A stretch of DNA of 64,000 nt from Salpingoeca rosetta. Taxonomy: Eukaryota > Protista > Choanoflagellata. How positions within the stretch are numbered: the stretch's first letter is position 1; the number at the start of each line of letters is the position of its first letter. The notes beneath the pieces were generated by a model. It searched no databases. It was not told where the DNA came from and worked only from the letters and a program-made list of their open reading frames with translations. A program made the position numbers and the translations under genes. The stretch lies in the NCBI GenBank assembly GCA_033442325.1, contig JAWQFM010000030.1:163049-227048 (forward strand), read 5' to 3'. Below, piece by piece: positions 1 to 40,369 of the stretch.

Positions 1-116
1 CTTGCTTCTGGTTTGGTTCCCTGCTTGTCTTCTCCACATATTGCTCTTCGTGCGCCATCTATCCCGCTGGCTTCCCTTGTGTTTCCCTGTCTGTTTCTTC
101 CCATTTCGTTGTAAAG

Positions 117-1714
117 GGCGCAACGAAGCGGCGGCAGCTGCAATTACGTTCGCATCACGCCCATCCATGACCCAAAACACCCCGCCAACGGACAGGTGCG
201 TGTGGCTGTATGCAATGTGTGCGTCTGTGTGCGTCTGTGTGCGTCTGTGTCCGCGCGGGCGTGTGCGTGTGAGTACACCTTGTGTATGTGTATGCGTGTG
301 TTCAATGCGTTCACCAATCCGTCCCCATCATCGTCCCCCTCGTCCTGCCTGCCCTCCTGTGCAGTCTGGACTGTTTGCGGCCCGCACGCTGAATGAGGGC
401 GATTGGGTGATCGATTACATCGGCTTCGTATCCACAGAGGACGAGTGCAGCAGCACCAGGTAAAGCTGTGGGATTGCGTATGTGTATGTGTGTGTACGTG
501 CGTGTGTGTGTGTCTTGTCTGTATGCGTGTGTTTGTGTGCGTCTGTGTGTGTGGCTGTGTGCGTGTCTGTTGGTGAATGCATTTGAATTTGTATCAAGCT
601 GGCTCTGGCGTGCGTACACAACAGCAACTGTAATCGTAACCACATGCACTCACACCACATCATCGTCTCCCTCCCCATATTTAATTCCCATTGCACCGCG
701 TGCAGCGATTACACGCTGCGGCTTGTTGCCGGACTGGCCGTCGATGCAGAGGTGTTTGGCAACGAGGCTCGCTATATCAACGACTACAGGTGTGTGTGTG
801 TGCATGTGTGTGCGAACTCATGTGTGCTTGTGTGTGTGTGTGTGCATGTGTATGCCTGTGTGTGTGTGTGTGCGATGCAAGTGCTTGCACGCAGCTTCCT
901 GCGCCTGCTAACAAACATGCAAACACACACACGCGCGCGCGCGCGCCACCAGGGGTGTCCCTGGTGCTACACGGCCAAATGTGGAGGTGAGAGGTGAAGT
1001 TGCATGACTTGGCAACAACAGCAGTGTCTTGTGTGCACTGTCACAAAGGCGCGCAATCATTGAGACACACACTTACACATGTTCACTCACTCACTCACTC
1101 ACTCACTCACTCACTCATTCACTCACTCACTCACTCACTCACTCACTCACTCACTCACTCACTCACTCAATCACTCACTCGATCACTCACTCACTCACTC
1201 ACTCACTCACTCATCTACACATACACACACACACCCCACGCACGCACACGCACACACACATCAGTTCTGTTCGGAGGTGGATATGGACACCGGTTTGCCC
1301 GTTATGCGCGTGCGCGTGTGTAAAGGTTGTCGCATCAAGCGTGGACATGAACTCCTGCTCTCCTACGGAAAGGGATTCTGGAAGGTGTGTTGGTTGTGCG
1401 TGTGTGTGTGTATGTATGTGCATGTACGTGTGTGTGTGTGTGTGTGTGATGCCCGCGCGTCTGTGCGTATGCGTGTGCATGTGTGTGTGTGTGTGTGCAA
1501 ATTTACATGTGTTCACATGTGAGCGTTCGTGCACGTTTTGTTCATGGGCGTGAATGTGCGCATGTGCCTGCCATGTTCGCCCCCCCCCCCACGGGCGCTT
1601 TGTTGGTATTTGGACGTTCACACCCCGCAACTTCTTCCCGTACACGCTCCTCCCCCCCTTGCAATTCACCACCACCAACGACAACACGTGCGACAGGAAC
1701 GGCTGACGTCATGA
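117..1714 (+). CDS. Small SET-domain lysine methyltransferase (5' end lies upstream of the window)
   Basis: GT-AG exons ~117-195, 365-459, 706-789, 953-986, 1265-1384 and probably 1697-1714 splice in frame to VRITPIHDPKHPANGQSGLFAARTLNEGDWVIDYIG...SDYTLRL...DAEVFGNEARYINDYRG...PNVEF...RIKRGHELLLSYGKGFW. This contains the SET GLFA, RYIN and ELLxxYG motifs. The last exon is tentative. Confidence 0.85.
1083..1212. repeat. (TCAC)n tetranucleotide microsatellite in a SET gene intron
   Basis: Direct reading: ~130 bp of tcac units with few interruptions. Confidence 0.95.
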
Positions 1715-1861
1715 CTGCAGCTGTTCTGCAGTCCTGATCATAATCATCCCAGAAACATAACAAAACTCAACGACACAGTAAACACAGTGATGCGGCCATC
1801 ACAAGACCACAAGAGCCCCCTATCCAAAACAGGAACACAGCGTCGTGTCCTCTGCACTCAT

Positions 1862-1933
<72 letters not shown>

Positions 1934-2302
1934 ACACACACACACACACAAAACACCACATACAACTCCCGCACAATCGATAATTGGCGAATGTTTTGTT
2001 GTAATTTTCGACTGGCGGCGGGAACATTCAAACCGCCAACGGTCAATACGAAGACGACGACGAAGAAACGCACAAAGCACACACACACAAGAAGCACTCA
2101 TACAGCAACAAGGGTAAGTTAGGGTGACAAGACAAAGGCAAGCGAGGGCGTGTGTGCTTGTGTGCTTGTGTGCTTGTGTGCTTGCTAGCTCTGTTTCATC
2201 CTCCTTGTTTCTGATTTCTGTTTCTTGTACCGTGCCAAGCCCACATGAATCGCCTCACCTTGCGATGCTTGTTTCTCCCCATGCCACAGCACCGCAGGCG
2301 CC

Positions 2303-9857
<7,555 letters not shown>

Positions 9858-9914
9858 TGGTGGTGGTGACAAGAGAGCTGGGATGGCAGAGTCGAAGAAT
9901 CCCCGTGCGCGCGC

Positions 9915-9969
<55 letters not shown>

Positions 9970-10256
9970 GTGAACCGCGTTCTGGTGGGTGTGATGTGGG
10001 CCATCTTTCATGGTGGGTTGTGTCATTTATTGTCCACACTTGTTCAAAACACTAAATGACGAGATACGCTGCAGGCTTGCATAGAGTTACACGCACGTCG
10101 CAAGCGTTCTCCGCAGGAACGTTCTGGGGATGTGGCGAGGCATGAGCACCACACCACACGAACAGGAAACAATTCGAATTGTATACATGTATAAACACTT
10201 CTCTTCACCGGTGCACATGCGTGCAAACTACAAGAAACAGCAACGCATGTGCCGCC

Positions 10257-10586
10257 TTATGGCACGACGTTGAGGCGTTCTGATGGTGGAAAATACAGCT
10301 GGGCGAGCAGGAATGAGCGCTGCAACTGCGCCATTTGCCACAGCTGTTGGTTGTTAACCAAACTCATTGGCGTTACACCTCGTTGGTGTTGTGGTGGCTG
10401 CTGTTGCTGCTGCTGTTGCTGTGGTTGTGGGTGATGCGCCAACAGAGGAAAGGGCTGCATGCCAGGAAATGAAACTGGCAACACCGTTGGCACGCAGACG
10501 TGGGGGCCGAATGCAGGGGCGGACACATCATGTTGTTGTTTGAGTTGGTTGGTTGTTGGTGTTGTTGTTGTTGGTGTTGTTTGAAG

Positions 10587-10645
<59 letters not shown>

Positions 10646-11252
10646 GCAGCCATGTGTCCACACGGCGGCGGTGTTGCATGTGGCGAGGCAGCTCGTCTCG
10701 AGTAATGGCACGGGGAAAGCACGGCGGGAGGTTTGCCCATGTGAGCCGGCTTGGTGCCGGCGTTGTTGGTGTTGCTGCAACCCCCGCTGGTGCAGTCGCT
10801 GTTAGTGACGGCGATGGTGGCGGTGATTTGCCCCTTGACGACGGGGTAGGACTGGAAGCGGACACGAGCTTGGGGGATACGTGCAGCAGTCGTCTTCCAG
10901 CCTTTCGCTGTTGTCGGTGAATGCTGGGTGCATTCTGTCCAGGCACGAGGCGCTCCAGTCCCTCTTCGAAATGAAGTGGTTCCTCGTCCTCCTCTTCCTG
11001 CGGCCGGCTATCACCAGAGGGGCCAGGTTCAGCATACGCATGACTGTCGTTGCGAAGTCGGAGGCAGAGCTGAAACATCACGCGGCGAATGACGGCTCGG
11101 TCGTTTCGCTTGAGAGCACGCCTGAGTCGTGCCAAAACCGGCAGATGTCGTTGCAGGTCTGCGACGATGGCATCGGTTGCAGCAGCTTGCTCTTCCACAT
11201 GCTGCGTGGCTGAGGGTCGGCGTGAGAGCGAGGATGAGGGCGATGCAGGCAT
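10257..11252 (-). CDS. Hypothetical single-exon protein (~331 aa) with polyQ and Pro/Ser-rich segments
   Basis: Open frame from ATG at 11252 (MPASPSSSLSRR...) to TAA at 10257, in a gap between two + strand genes. It has protein-like helical stretches (AIVADLQRHLPVLARLRRALKRNDRAVIRRVMFQLCLRL) but no recognised domain. Confidence 0.5.
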
Positions 11253-12135
11253 GGCTGCGAAGTGGGAAGCTGGTGTGCTGTGTGGTTGGCTCAGCGTCAC
11301 CGTGTGCGTGTGTGTGTGTGTGTGTACGAGTAGCAGACAGACGGAGAGACGAGGGTCGCGAAGTGTGCAAGGGATGGGACTGCTGCTGTAATTGATGAGT
11401 GGACAGCGTTGTTGCTTGGATGCAAGTACGGTGAGACATGATGTTGTCACATCACCCATGAGCATGGGAACAACAGGACGCATGCGGGAATAAATATGCA
11501 TCCGATAGGCTGGTTGCGGTGCGTGCATCGTCATGAGATCGAGGTTCTTTGCCGGCAAGTGTGCAAGGCTGTGGCTGTGACGCGGTGAAATAATTGATGT
11601 TGCATAGCGTTGATGGGAGCAGTGTGACAACGACAAGTCGTTTGCTTCTGGCTGCTAATTTCATCCAAGACACGCGCAACTTTCTGCGGTGGGCGGCCGT
11701 TCTCGCCTGTTGTGTGTTCTGGCTAGCTAGGGTGTACGTGCAGGGAAGGAAACTGTCTGTTGCAAAATCGCTACATTTTGTGATGTTGTTAAGAGCAATC
11801 CGGACAACGACCTTCGGTGCACCGACGAGAAGCGAATATGAGCGATGGCACTGATTGTGTGCGTGTGTGGGTGTTTGGCTGTGTGTGGGCGGTTGTGAGG
11901 AAGCACAAACAGATGAAGCCAAAAACGGCCAGCCAAACCATTCAACAAGACAAGGCTGACGGAGCACAACCAGAAGCGGGCGACGCGATCAACACCACTC
12001 ACATCACGCCAGCATTGATTTGTCGCTGAGTTGAGTTGAGTGGGGTGGACTGCCTGGTCTCTCTTCGGATCGAGCGCGTGTATCGGCTGTTCAACAACCA
12101 GGCAAGCAGCGATCAACAAGAACAAGAACAACAGC

Positions 12136-12179
<44 letters not shown>

Positions 12180-12243
12180 GAACAACAGCATCAACCACCA
12201 CCACCACCACCACAACAACAACAACAGCAACACCGAAGAAAGC

Positions 12244-22480
<10,237 letters not shown>

Positions 22481-23271
22481 TTGTTGGGTGGTCACGTGCG
22501 AAGGAGGGCGTGAAGGGTGGTGTGTTCGCAGGGGGCGAATCACTGCTCGATTCATGCATGCGCGTGTGCATTGGTGGCTTGCAATTCGGTGTTTGTTGCT
22601 TGCAAGAACAGCACAGTTTGCTTGCCTGCAAGTGCGTTTCTTAACTTGAGGTCCGAGGCGGCGTTTGCCTGTTACCTACGTTGTTGGTGGCGTGTTGATT
22701 GGCTTCTCCTCTACTGCCTTTGCTGCCAGTTGTGTTAGCAGCCCAGATCTTGCTTGCGTTTGTTTTGAGTTTCTGTTGATGTGAGTTCGTGGACGTTTAC
22801 ATCACATAAACACCATGGACAAAACTGCAACACAACATGAGGTATTGCCGTGATCATCATCGTCGTCATCGTCATCATCATCATCACCAACCAACATGTG
22901 TTGTCTCGCTCTCACACACGGTTTGTGTTGTACTGCGTGATCCACACATGATCGAGCGAAGCGAGTCAGAGCACAACGCAGCGAGAGTTGGAGACCACAG
23001 CAGCCACAATGCGCTGCTGATGTAAATGAAATACACGAAGGAAAAATCAACGTGGCAAGTGCAATTGGAAAGCAATGGACAACAAGTTCTACCATCAACA
23101 CACGGCAAAGCAAAAGCAAGGGGCAGTGTGTGTGTGTGTGTGCGCGTGTGCATATGTGTTTCGTTGCACAACACCAACAGCAAGAAAGGAATGCACTGCA
23201 CGAACAACGACGCTGATTACAGCAACGTCACCACCATCATGATCACCATCATCGTCAGTGGTCAACAAAGT

Positions 23272-32660
<9,389 letters not shown>

Positions 32661-32939
32661 TCTGGGCAGTGTGGTATTGTGTGCAGTGGTGTTGCGTTCC
32701 GTGGCGCAGTGGTGCAGTAGTGTGGTGTAGCGTTCCGTGGTGTAGAGTGTTGTGGTGCAGTCGTGTTGAATGTGCGATCTCTGTGGTGTGATGTGACGTC
32801 ACACAAGGCAAGGAACGGCAGGGACACGTGTGAGTTTGTGCAGCGAATGCGTCCACCATACCCACCACAACAACCAACCAACCAACCAACCAACCAGCCG
32901 CCCCACTCACGCTCACTCCTCGCTCACTGTCTGTACACT

Positions 32940-33265
32940 GCAAGTCAAGCAAGCAAGCACAACAACAACACCACTGGAAGCACCACAACACACCACCACG
33001 GCTCTCTTCGTCTCTGACCGTTTCTCAAAGTCAAATTTGACGTTGAAGACCAAGTCAAAATTGACTTTTCTAGAAACGCACACACAGCAAAGCAAGCAAG
33101 ACGCAGCAACAGCTGCAAGCATCTCCGCGGCCGCATTTTCATCGTCCACAACAGAAGAGAACGTACGTGCGCTGTGTCGCTGCTTGCTTGCTTGCTTGGT
33201 GTTGACGGCTGTTGACTGCTGTTGACTGTTCTTGTTGACTGCTGGTGACTGTTCTTGTTGACTGA
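32940..33265. promoter_or_regulatory. Divergent promoter region with a TTGAC/GTCAA motif cluster and two palindromes
   Basis: GTCAAATTTGAC at 33030-33041 and AAGTCAAAATTGACTT at 33052-33067. GTTGAC at 33201, 33211, 33221, 33234 and 33257, with a GGTGAC variant at 33244. Lies between head-to-head genes. Function is inferred only. Confidence 0.4.
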
Positions 33266-33417
33266 TGGCGGGGGTGGTCACACGTCACCGCGCCGTTTTG
33301 CTTGGTTATCTGACCGCGCTGCCTGCTCAACCCCTGCTATGCAAGCCTTGCTTCTCACCGTGTGTACTTGTGCAGCTCGTCGCCTTGTCAGCAGGACAGA
33401 GAGAGAGAGAGAAAACC

Positions 33418-33660
33418 ATGCTTGTTGCTTCCACGCTCGGACGCACGGCGCTGCGGTGCCAGCGCGTCACGCTGATGACGCTTGTCGCGAACCAGCCACG
33501 CATCAGCGCCCCCTCCACCCTCACCAAAACCACACAGCGGGTGCGGGTGCTGTCATGTTTTGTCACTGCACATATCATGTCATCTTCACAAATGCGTGTG
33601 CGCGCGCCTCACACGCGCGCACACACACACATGCAGCCACACGCGCAGCCACACGCGCAG

Positions 33661-33721
<61 letters not shown>

Positions 33722-35248
33722 ACACACACACTGCACGCTGCCTGGTTTGAACACTCCCGGCGTCCTTTCATCCGTTTGCTTTCATTTCACAACTCCTTGC
33801 TTTGCTTTTCTCACGCGCCTCCCTCCGCCCCTCCCAGGCGATGGCCACGTTCCGCACTTCGCGGGCCGCGACAGCGCGCGTGGCAAATGCGACGGCCACC
33901 GGAACCGGTGCCCGCGCGGCCTCGGGCTCCAACACACGCCGTCTTGTGCTTGGCGGTCTGGCCGGTGCAGGCATCATCACCGTTGGCCTCATGGGCGGTC
34001 AGTCATTGATGTGTGTGATTGTGTGTGTGTGTGTGTGTGTGTGATTGTGTGTGTGCGTGTGTGTGTGCATGCGCGCATGTCTCTCTGTCTGACATGCTCC
34101 TTCTCTTACCGATGCAACCTGCTCACACTCGTTGAGTGCACCTTTCTCTCTCCAACAACCCCCCCCCCCCCTCTTTAACTCACCGCAATGTTGTTTCGCT
34201 CCATAGCCACGATGGTGCGCGGCCTGACGGAGGGCGTGCACGACAACACCATGTGGGCGCCGTATGTGCACGAGCGCGTTGCCAGCACCTTCACCGCCCT
34301 CGGCGTCGGTATTGGTATCACCGCCGTCGCCACCATCGCCCTCTTCCGCACCGTAAGCTGTCATTGCGTGTATACGCGTGTGTGTGTGTGTGATTGTGTG
34401 TGCGTTTGTGTGTGCGCGTTTGTGTTTGTGTGTGCGTGAATTTACGTGCTTGTGTTTGTGTGTGCGTGTGCTTGTGTGTGCGTGTGTTTGTGTTTGTGTG
34501 TGCGCGAATTCACGTGCATGTGTGTGCATGCGTGTGCGTGTGGGTGTGTGTATGGGTGTCTGCTCGCTCTAATTCCTCGTACTCGATGCAACCCAACTGT
34601 CTTCCTCGCTCTCGCTTCAACTGACAACCCCATCTGTGCCCCCCCCCAAACACACACGCACAAATGCAGGGTGCCGTGACGTTCATCGCTGCTCGCCCGA
34701 TTGTGTCGATGGTGGTGTCGCTTGGCGGCATGATTGCTGCCAGCACGCTGACCCGGAGCATCGACCCTGCCAACCTGCCCCTCAAGTACGCCAGCCTCGC
34801 CCTCTTCAACTCCGTCGTCGCCTTCACCCTCACCCCGCTCATGCTGCTCGGCGGGCCCCTGCTGCTGCGCGCGGCAGCCATGACCGGTGGCATTGTCGGC
34901 TCGCTCTGCCTCGTCGCGTCCAACTCCCCATCTGACACGTTCCTTGCGTGGGCCGGCCCGCTGTCCATGGGCCTTGGCGCCGTGGTCATCTCGTCGCTTG
35001 GTGCGGCCTTCCTCCCCTCCATGGCGGTTGCCTCTGTGCTCCACCAGGTATCGCTGTATGGTGGACTCGTGCTGTTCAGCGGGTTTGTGCTGTTTGACAC
35101 TGCGCGCATCGTTGAAGCGGCAAAGCATGCCCCGGCCAACAAGTTCGACCCCGTGGGCGCAAGCATCTCCATCTACATGGACGCCATCAACATCTTCGTG
35201 CGCATTGCGCAGATTATGGCCATGAGCGGGGGCAACAGGCGCAAGTGA
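33418..35248 (+). CDS. GHITM: Growth hormone-inducible transmembrane protein / MICS1 (TMBIM5, Bax inhibitor-1 family, mitochondrial inner membrane)
   Basis: Four exons. Arg/Thr-rich presequence, [62 protein letters not shown], and C-terminal [34 protein letters not shown] are all typical of GHITM. Confidence 0.93.
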
Positions 35249-35360
35249 TGGCAATCAAGGATGGATGGTGTGGTGTGGTGTGTGACAGGATGACTGTGGT
35301 GTGGTGTACTTGTGATGGAAGGGAATTCAACTGATGCTGGTCATGCGTGCTGTTGTGTAC

Positions 35361-35409
<49 letters not shown>

Positions 35410-35972
35410 TCTGTGTTTGTCTGTGTTTGTCTGTGTATGTCTGTGCATTGTTTGTTTTCCTTGTGACGACCTACTGTTACATTAACATGCATGCGTGTTG
35501 TCTGAACACCCTCGAGTAAAGTCAGCAACAACAATCGCACCATTCACACACGACAAGTGTAGACCTTTTGTTTCTTCTGTATTGACACAACACCACCTCC
35601 GCCAAAACCACAAACACAATGACTTGTGTTACGATAGCTGTATGCGATGAACACAGCCAGACAAGAAACCAACACACAAAAGGCAGAAACAAACAAACAA
35701 ACGACCATTCACCAAACAACACTTGCAGTTTCACAACAACAGCAACCACAACACCAAACACTGAGCCTGTGTGCAAGACAACACTGTCACCATTCACACT
35801 CAACCACAGTCGCATTATCCCTTCATCTTAACCATTCCACCCACAGTCTCCAGCCACAACAACAAGCAGGCAAGGAAAGTTCAGTCGCATCAGCGCGCCC
35901 ACAAGCACACGGGCTGCAATGTGCGAATGCCTGCATGCACGTGGGCGTGCGTGTGCGTGTGTGTTGGCTGGT

Positions 35973-36080
35973 TCACCTGTCGACCTCGCCGAACACAATG
36001 TCGAGGGTGCCGATGAGTGCAACAACATCAGCCAGCATGTGACCCTTGGCCATCATGTCAAGTCCAGCCTGCACAGCAAC

Positions 36081-36169
<89 letters not shown>

Positions 36170-39100
36170 GTAATGAGCTTGTTGTGGCAGTGTTGATGGG
36201 GGAAACACCGGAAGGAGAAGTGGTGCGGTTTATGGCACACACACACACAACACAACACAACACAACACACAACACACAACACACAACACACAACACACGC
36301 GCGAACAGCAAGGTGTTGGAGGAACGCACCAGGTGAGCAAAGCCGGGGGCCTTGATCTTGCAGCGGTAGGGCTTGGAGGTGCCGTCAGAGACAAGATACA
36401 CGCCTGATGGTATCATACACACACACGCATATGAGCACACACGCGTAGAGTCAGCAGCTGAAGGAACAAAGCACACAAAGACACGCAAGCACACGCATGT
36501 GCACGCACAGGAAACACGACTGCTCGCTTTTATCTTTTGCACACCACCACCATCAACCACACCCCACCACTCCCACCACCACCACTCCCAGCCGCCTTAC
36601 CGAATTCGCCCTTTGGCGCCTCAATGGCGGTGTATGTCGAGCCGGGTGGAACCTACCCACCACCACCACCACCATCACCATTGTTGACAGGAGCACATGC
36701 AAGGGAGAGTGAGTGAGAATTTCTTTGAGCAAAGCGCAACCACGCCATGCAGCCACAACTGTCACAACAACACCGCAACACATCACACCAAACAACAAGC
36801 CACTCACCACCACTCATAACAACAGGCCCCTCACCATCACTCATAACAACACGTTCTCCCCTCCTCCTCCTCCTCCTCCCCTTCAACCGACACCAACGCG
36901 CCACTACCATTACCACTACCACCACCACGATGCGCGCACCTGGTATCCCTCGGTGTAGAGCTTAAAGTGGTGGATGAGGGCCTCCATGGACTCCTTCATC
37001 TCCGCGCGGCGCGGCGGGGCAACCTTGGCGTCGTCCACGCGCACCTCGCCATCAGGCATGTCGTTGAGGCACTGGTTGATGATGCGCACAGACTGCCGCA
37101 TCTCCTCGCAGCGGATCAGGTACCGGTCGTACGAATCGCCGCGCGAGCCAACCGGCACGTCAAACTCAACCTGGCAGCGACGCAGACGGTGGTGGCATTG
37201 GTTGTGGTGGTGCGGCGGTGTCGTGTTGTGGCATTGGTTGTGGTGGTGCGGCGTTGTGGTGGTGCGGCGTTGTGGTGGTGCGGCGTTGTGGTGTTGTGGC
37301 ATTGATTGTGGTGGTGCGGCGTTGTGGTGTTGTGGTGTTGCAGTGATGGAGACAGGGAGAGAATGAGTCAAACCGAACACACACACACACAAAAAGAAAA
37401 AAGAGAGAGAGAGTAAGGCATGCGGCAGAGGCAGAGCAGCCATGCTTGACTGCAACTCCAGCAACAACCATCACCATTCAAACGATCACCATCATCACAA
37501 TCAGTGAACCACCACCACCACCACCACCACCACCACCACCACCATCATCATCAAGCCACCACAGTTACACTGCCACTTCACCGCACCACACCTTGTCGTA
37601 AGCGTCGTAGGGCTGCGACTTGCGGAGGTCCCAGGGGATGCCGCTACCACGCAGCATGACGCCCGAGAACCCCCAGTCCAATGCGTCCTTGGCCGTGACA
37701 ACACCGACGTCGACCAGCCGCTGCTTCCAGATGCGGTTGCCCGTCAACAGCTCCTCCACCTCGTCGATGCGCGCCGGGAACGCCTGCGCCCACTGGTAAA
37801 TGTCCTCCATCAGCCCTGCATCGCGCCAACAGGCCAATTTTGTGTGCGTGTGTGATTGTGTGTGATTGTGTGTGATTTTGCGTGATTGTGCGTGATTGTG
37901 TGTGTGTGTGTGTGCGCGCGCATATGTGCGAGTGTGTGTGATTGTGTGTGTGTGTGTGTGGGTGTGTAAGCGAGCGAGTAAGTACACGCTTGCCCTCATA
38001 TGCGTGTGTGTACGTATGCGTGCGCTCTAGTGAGCACATGTGCGTACCGATTGGCATGTCGAGGGAGACGCCGCCTGGGCGGACGTACGCCGCGTGCATG
38101 CGCGCACCAGATACGCGCTCGTAAAACTCCATCATCTGTGCGCAGGTGGTGATGGTGGTGAGGAAGGTGAGGGAGGTGAGACATGTCCGGGACAGCGCAG
38201 AGAACAAATCCACCAAGCACGCATCGACCAACACAACCAGTGCGCAGTAGAAGCAGTGCACACGCACACACGCACACACATACACACACACACGCACGCA
38301 CACACACACACACACATGTACACGCTCGTTCACACATCCAACCACACACACACACACATCCACACACACACACCTTCTCGCGCTCCTCAAAGAGCCAGAG
38401 AAAGGGGGTGAGGGCGCCGACGTCGAGGGCGTGGGTCGTCACGCCCATAATGTGGTTCAGAATACGCGTCAGCTCCCCAAACAGCACTGCCAGCGGCGGT
38501 GGTGCAAGGAGGTGGTGACGTGAGGATGAAGTGATGGTGGTGGGGCGGTGGTGATGATAGGTGTGGCCGTGGGTATGGGTATGGGAGGGAGTGAGAAGGC
38601 CGGCCAATGTTGTGTGGTCGTGTCATCACAACACCACATGATACAGTGCACACGATTTACGCATACACACACACACATCCACAGACACACACATGCGCAC
38701 CATATGCACACGCATCCCCGTGCACACACCACGCGTCTACGCACCGCGAATGTACTTTGCGCGCTCCGGGACCTCAATGTTGAGCAGCTTCTCCACAGCA
38801 AGCGAGTACGCCTGAGGAGGCACAGGCGAAGGCACACAGAGGAGAGGACTCAAGGGTAAGGCGGTGGAGGACACGGAAGCGATGCCCAAGTACCAGGCCC
38901 ACACACGCACACCACACGCACACGCACACAACACACACGCACACACACACACACACCACACACACACAAAACACCACACTGCACCTGCTCGTTGCACATC
39001 ATGGAGACGTAGTCGAGGCGGTCAAAGTATGGGAGGGCCTGCAGGTAGTTCTTGTACTCAATCAGCTTCTCTGTGCCGCGGTGCAGCAGGCCAACGTGCG

Positions 39101-39721
39101 GGTCTGCGTGGCGCACAATCTAACCCATCCAGTTCATGGGTGGTGGTTGCGTGGTTTGTGGTTGCGACGGCACACGTGCGCGCACTGTGTGAGCGAGCGT
39201 GGGTGCAGTCACGTGCGTTTCTGCCTTCATGCACGCACCTACACACTCGGTGCGTGCCCTTACAACCATGTAGACATGTGCAGACCCGAGAACACAGACA
39301 CACACACACACTGCAGCGTCATCTCACCTCGCCATCAAGCTCAAGGACGAGGCGGAGCACGCCGTGGGCAGCAGGGTGCTGAGGGCCAAAGTTGACGGTG
39401 AGGTTTGACACCTCCTGCTCAGGGACATAGTCTGATGGGCGAGGGGGATGGACGTGTGTGTCTCGACTGTGAGCGCACAGAGATGATGATGCAGCGTCTT
39501 TTGCAAAGGGTTGCTGCTTGCTGACAGAGGGTATATGGAGCGCGCGCACACGCACACACGCACACATGTATACACACACACGCACACACACACACGCGCG
39601 CGCGCACGCATACGCTGGCGTACCGCGAGTGGGATGCTGAATGTCAAACTCCTTGTGTTTGCGTTGGGTCAGGTACTCTTCCCAGCCGTCCAAGTCATCA
39701 TCAGCAGGCAGCGCATTCCTG

Positions 39722-39799
<78 letters not shown>

Positions 39800-40004
39800 G
39801 AATGAGTGTGGAAAGCAACCAGCACCACGACACGCTCACTCAATCATACACACTCCATCACACACACACATTCACTCAATCATGCACACTCCATCACACG
39901 CGAACGTACGCTGCTCTTTGAACAGGGCGGCAGGCGTGGAAGCCGCGGGTAGCTGCCCGCATGGCCATGCCAGCGCGCTGGCGCAGCTGCTGCACAAATG
40001 CCAT
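35973..40004 (-). CDS. NDUFS2: NADH:ubiquinone oxidoreductase 49 kDa subunit (nuclear nad7)
   Basis: About 12 exons. Presequence [22 protein letters not shown], then [107 protein letters not shown]. Confidence 0.97.
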
Positions 40005-40369
40005 GGTTGTGGTGCGAGGCTTCTGGTCTGCCTGGTTGTGTGCGTTAACGAGAGTTTGTGGTTTTGTGGTTGTTGCTGACCCTGCTGATATTGGTTGATG
40101 ATGGTGTTGGAAAAGGCAGAAACCACTGAAAAAAGTATACGACACGTTGGATTTGTGCGACTAGTGCGCAGTTTAATCATGCAATCGCACCTATCCACCA
40201 CAGGTCTTGGCGTGCATCGAATCATTCATTGGCAAGCGGTCGTGGTGGACAACAAACTTGCGACATGACACTGACCACACAGCACACGACACTGACCACA
40301 CACTCTCACACATGCACATGCACTGACGCACACGACAAACACAGCAACACACCACAACACAAGACAACA

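Noticed and set aside
33200-33263. Regularly spaced short repeats as a CRISPR-like array
   Set aside because: Units are 10-13 bp with no unique spacers, there are no cas genes, and the context is eukaryotic.
33418-40004. GHITM and NDUFS2 adjacency as a mitochondrial gene cluster
   Set aside because: Two convergent genes are not enough to exceed chance, and nuclear NDUFS2 is ordinary in opisthokonts.
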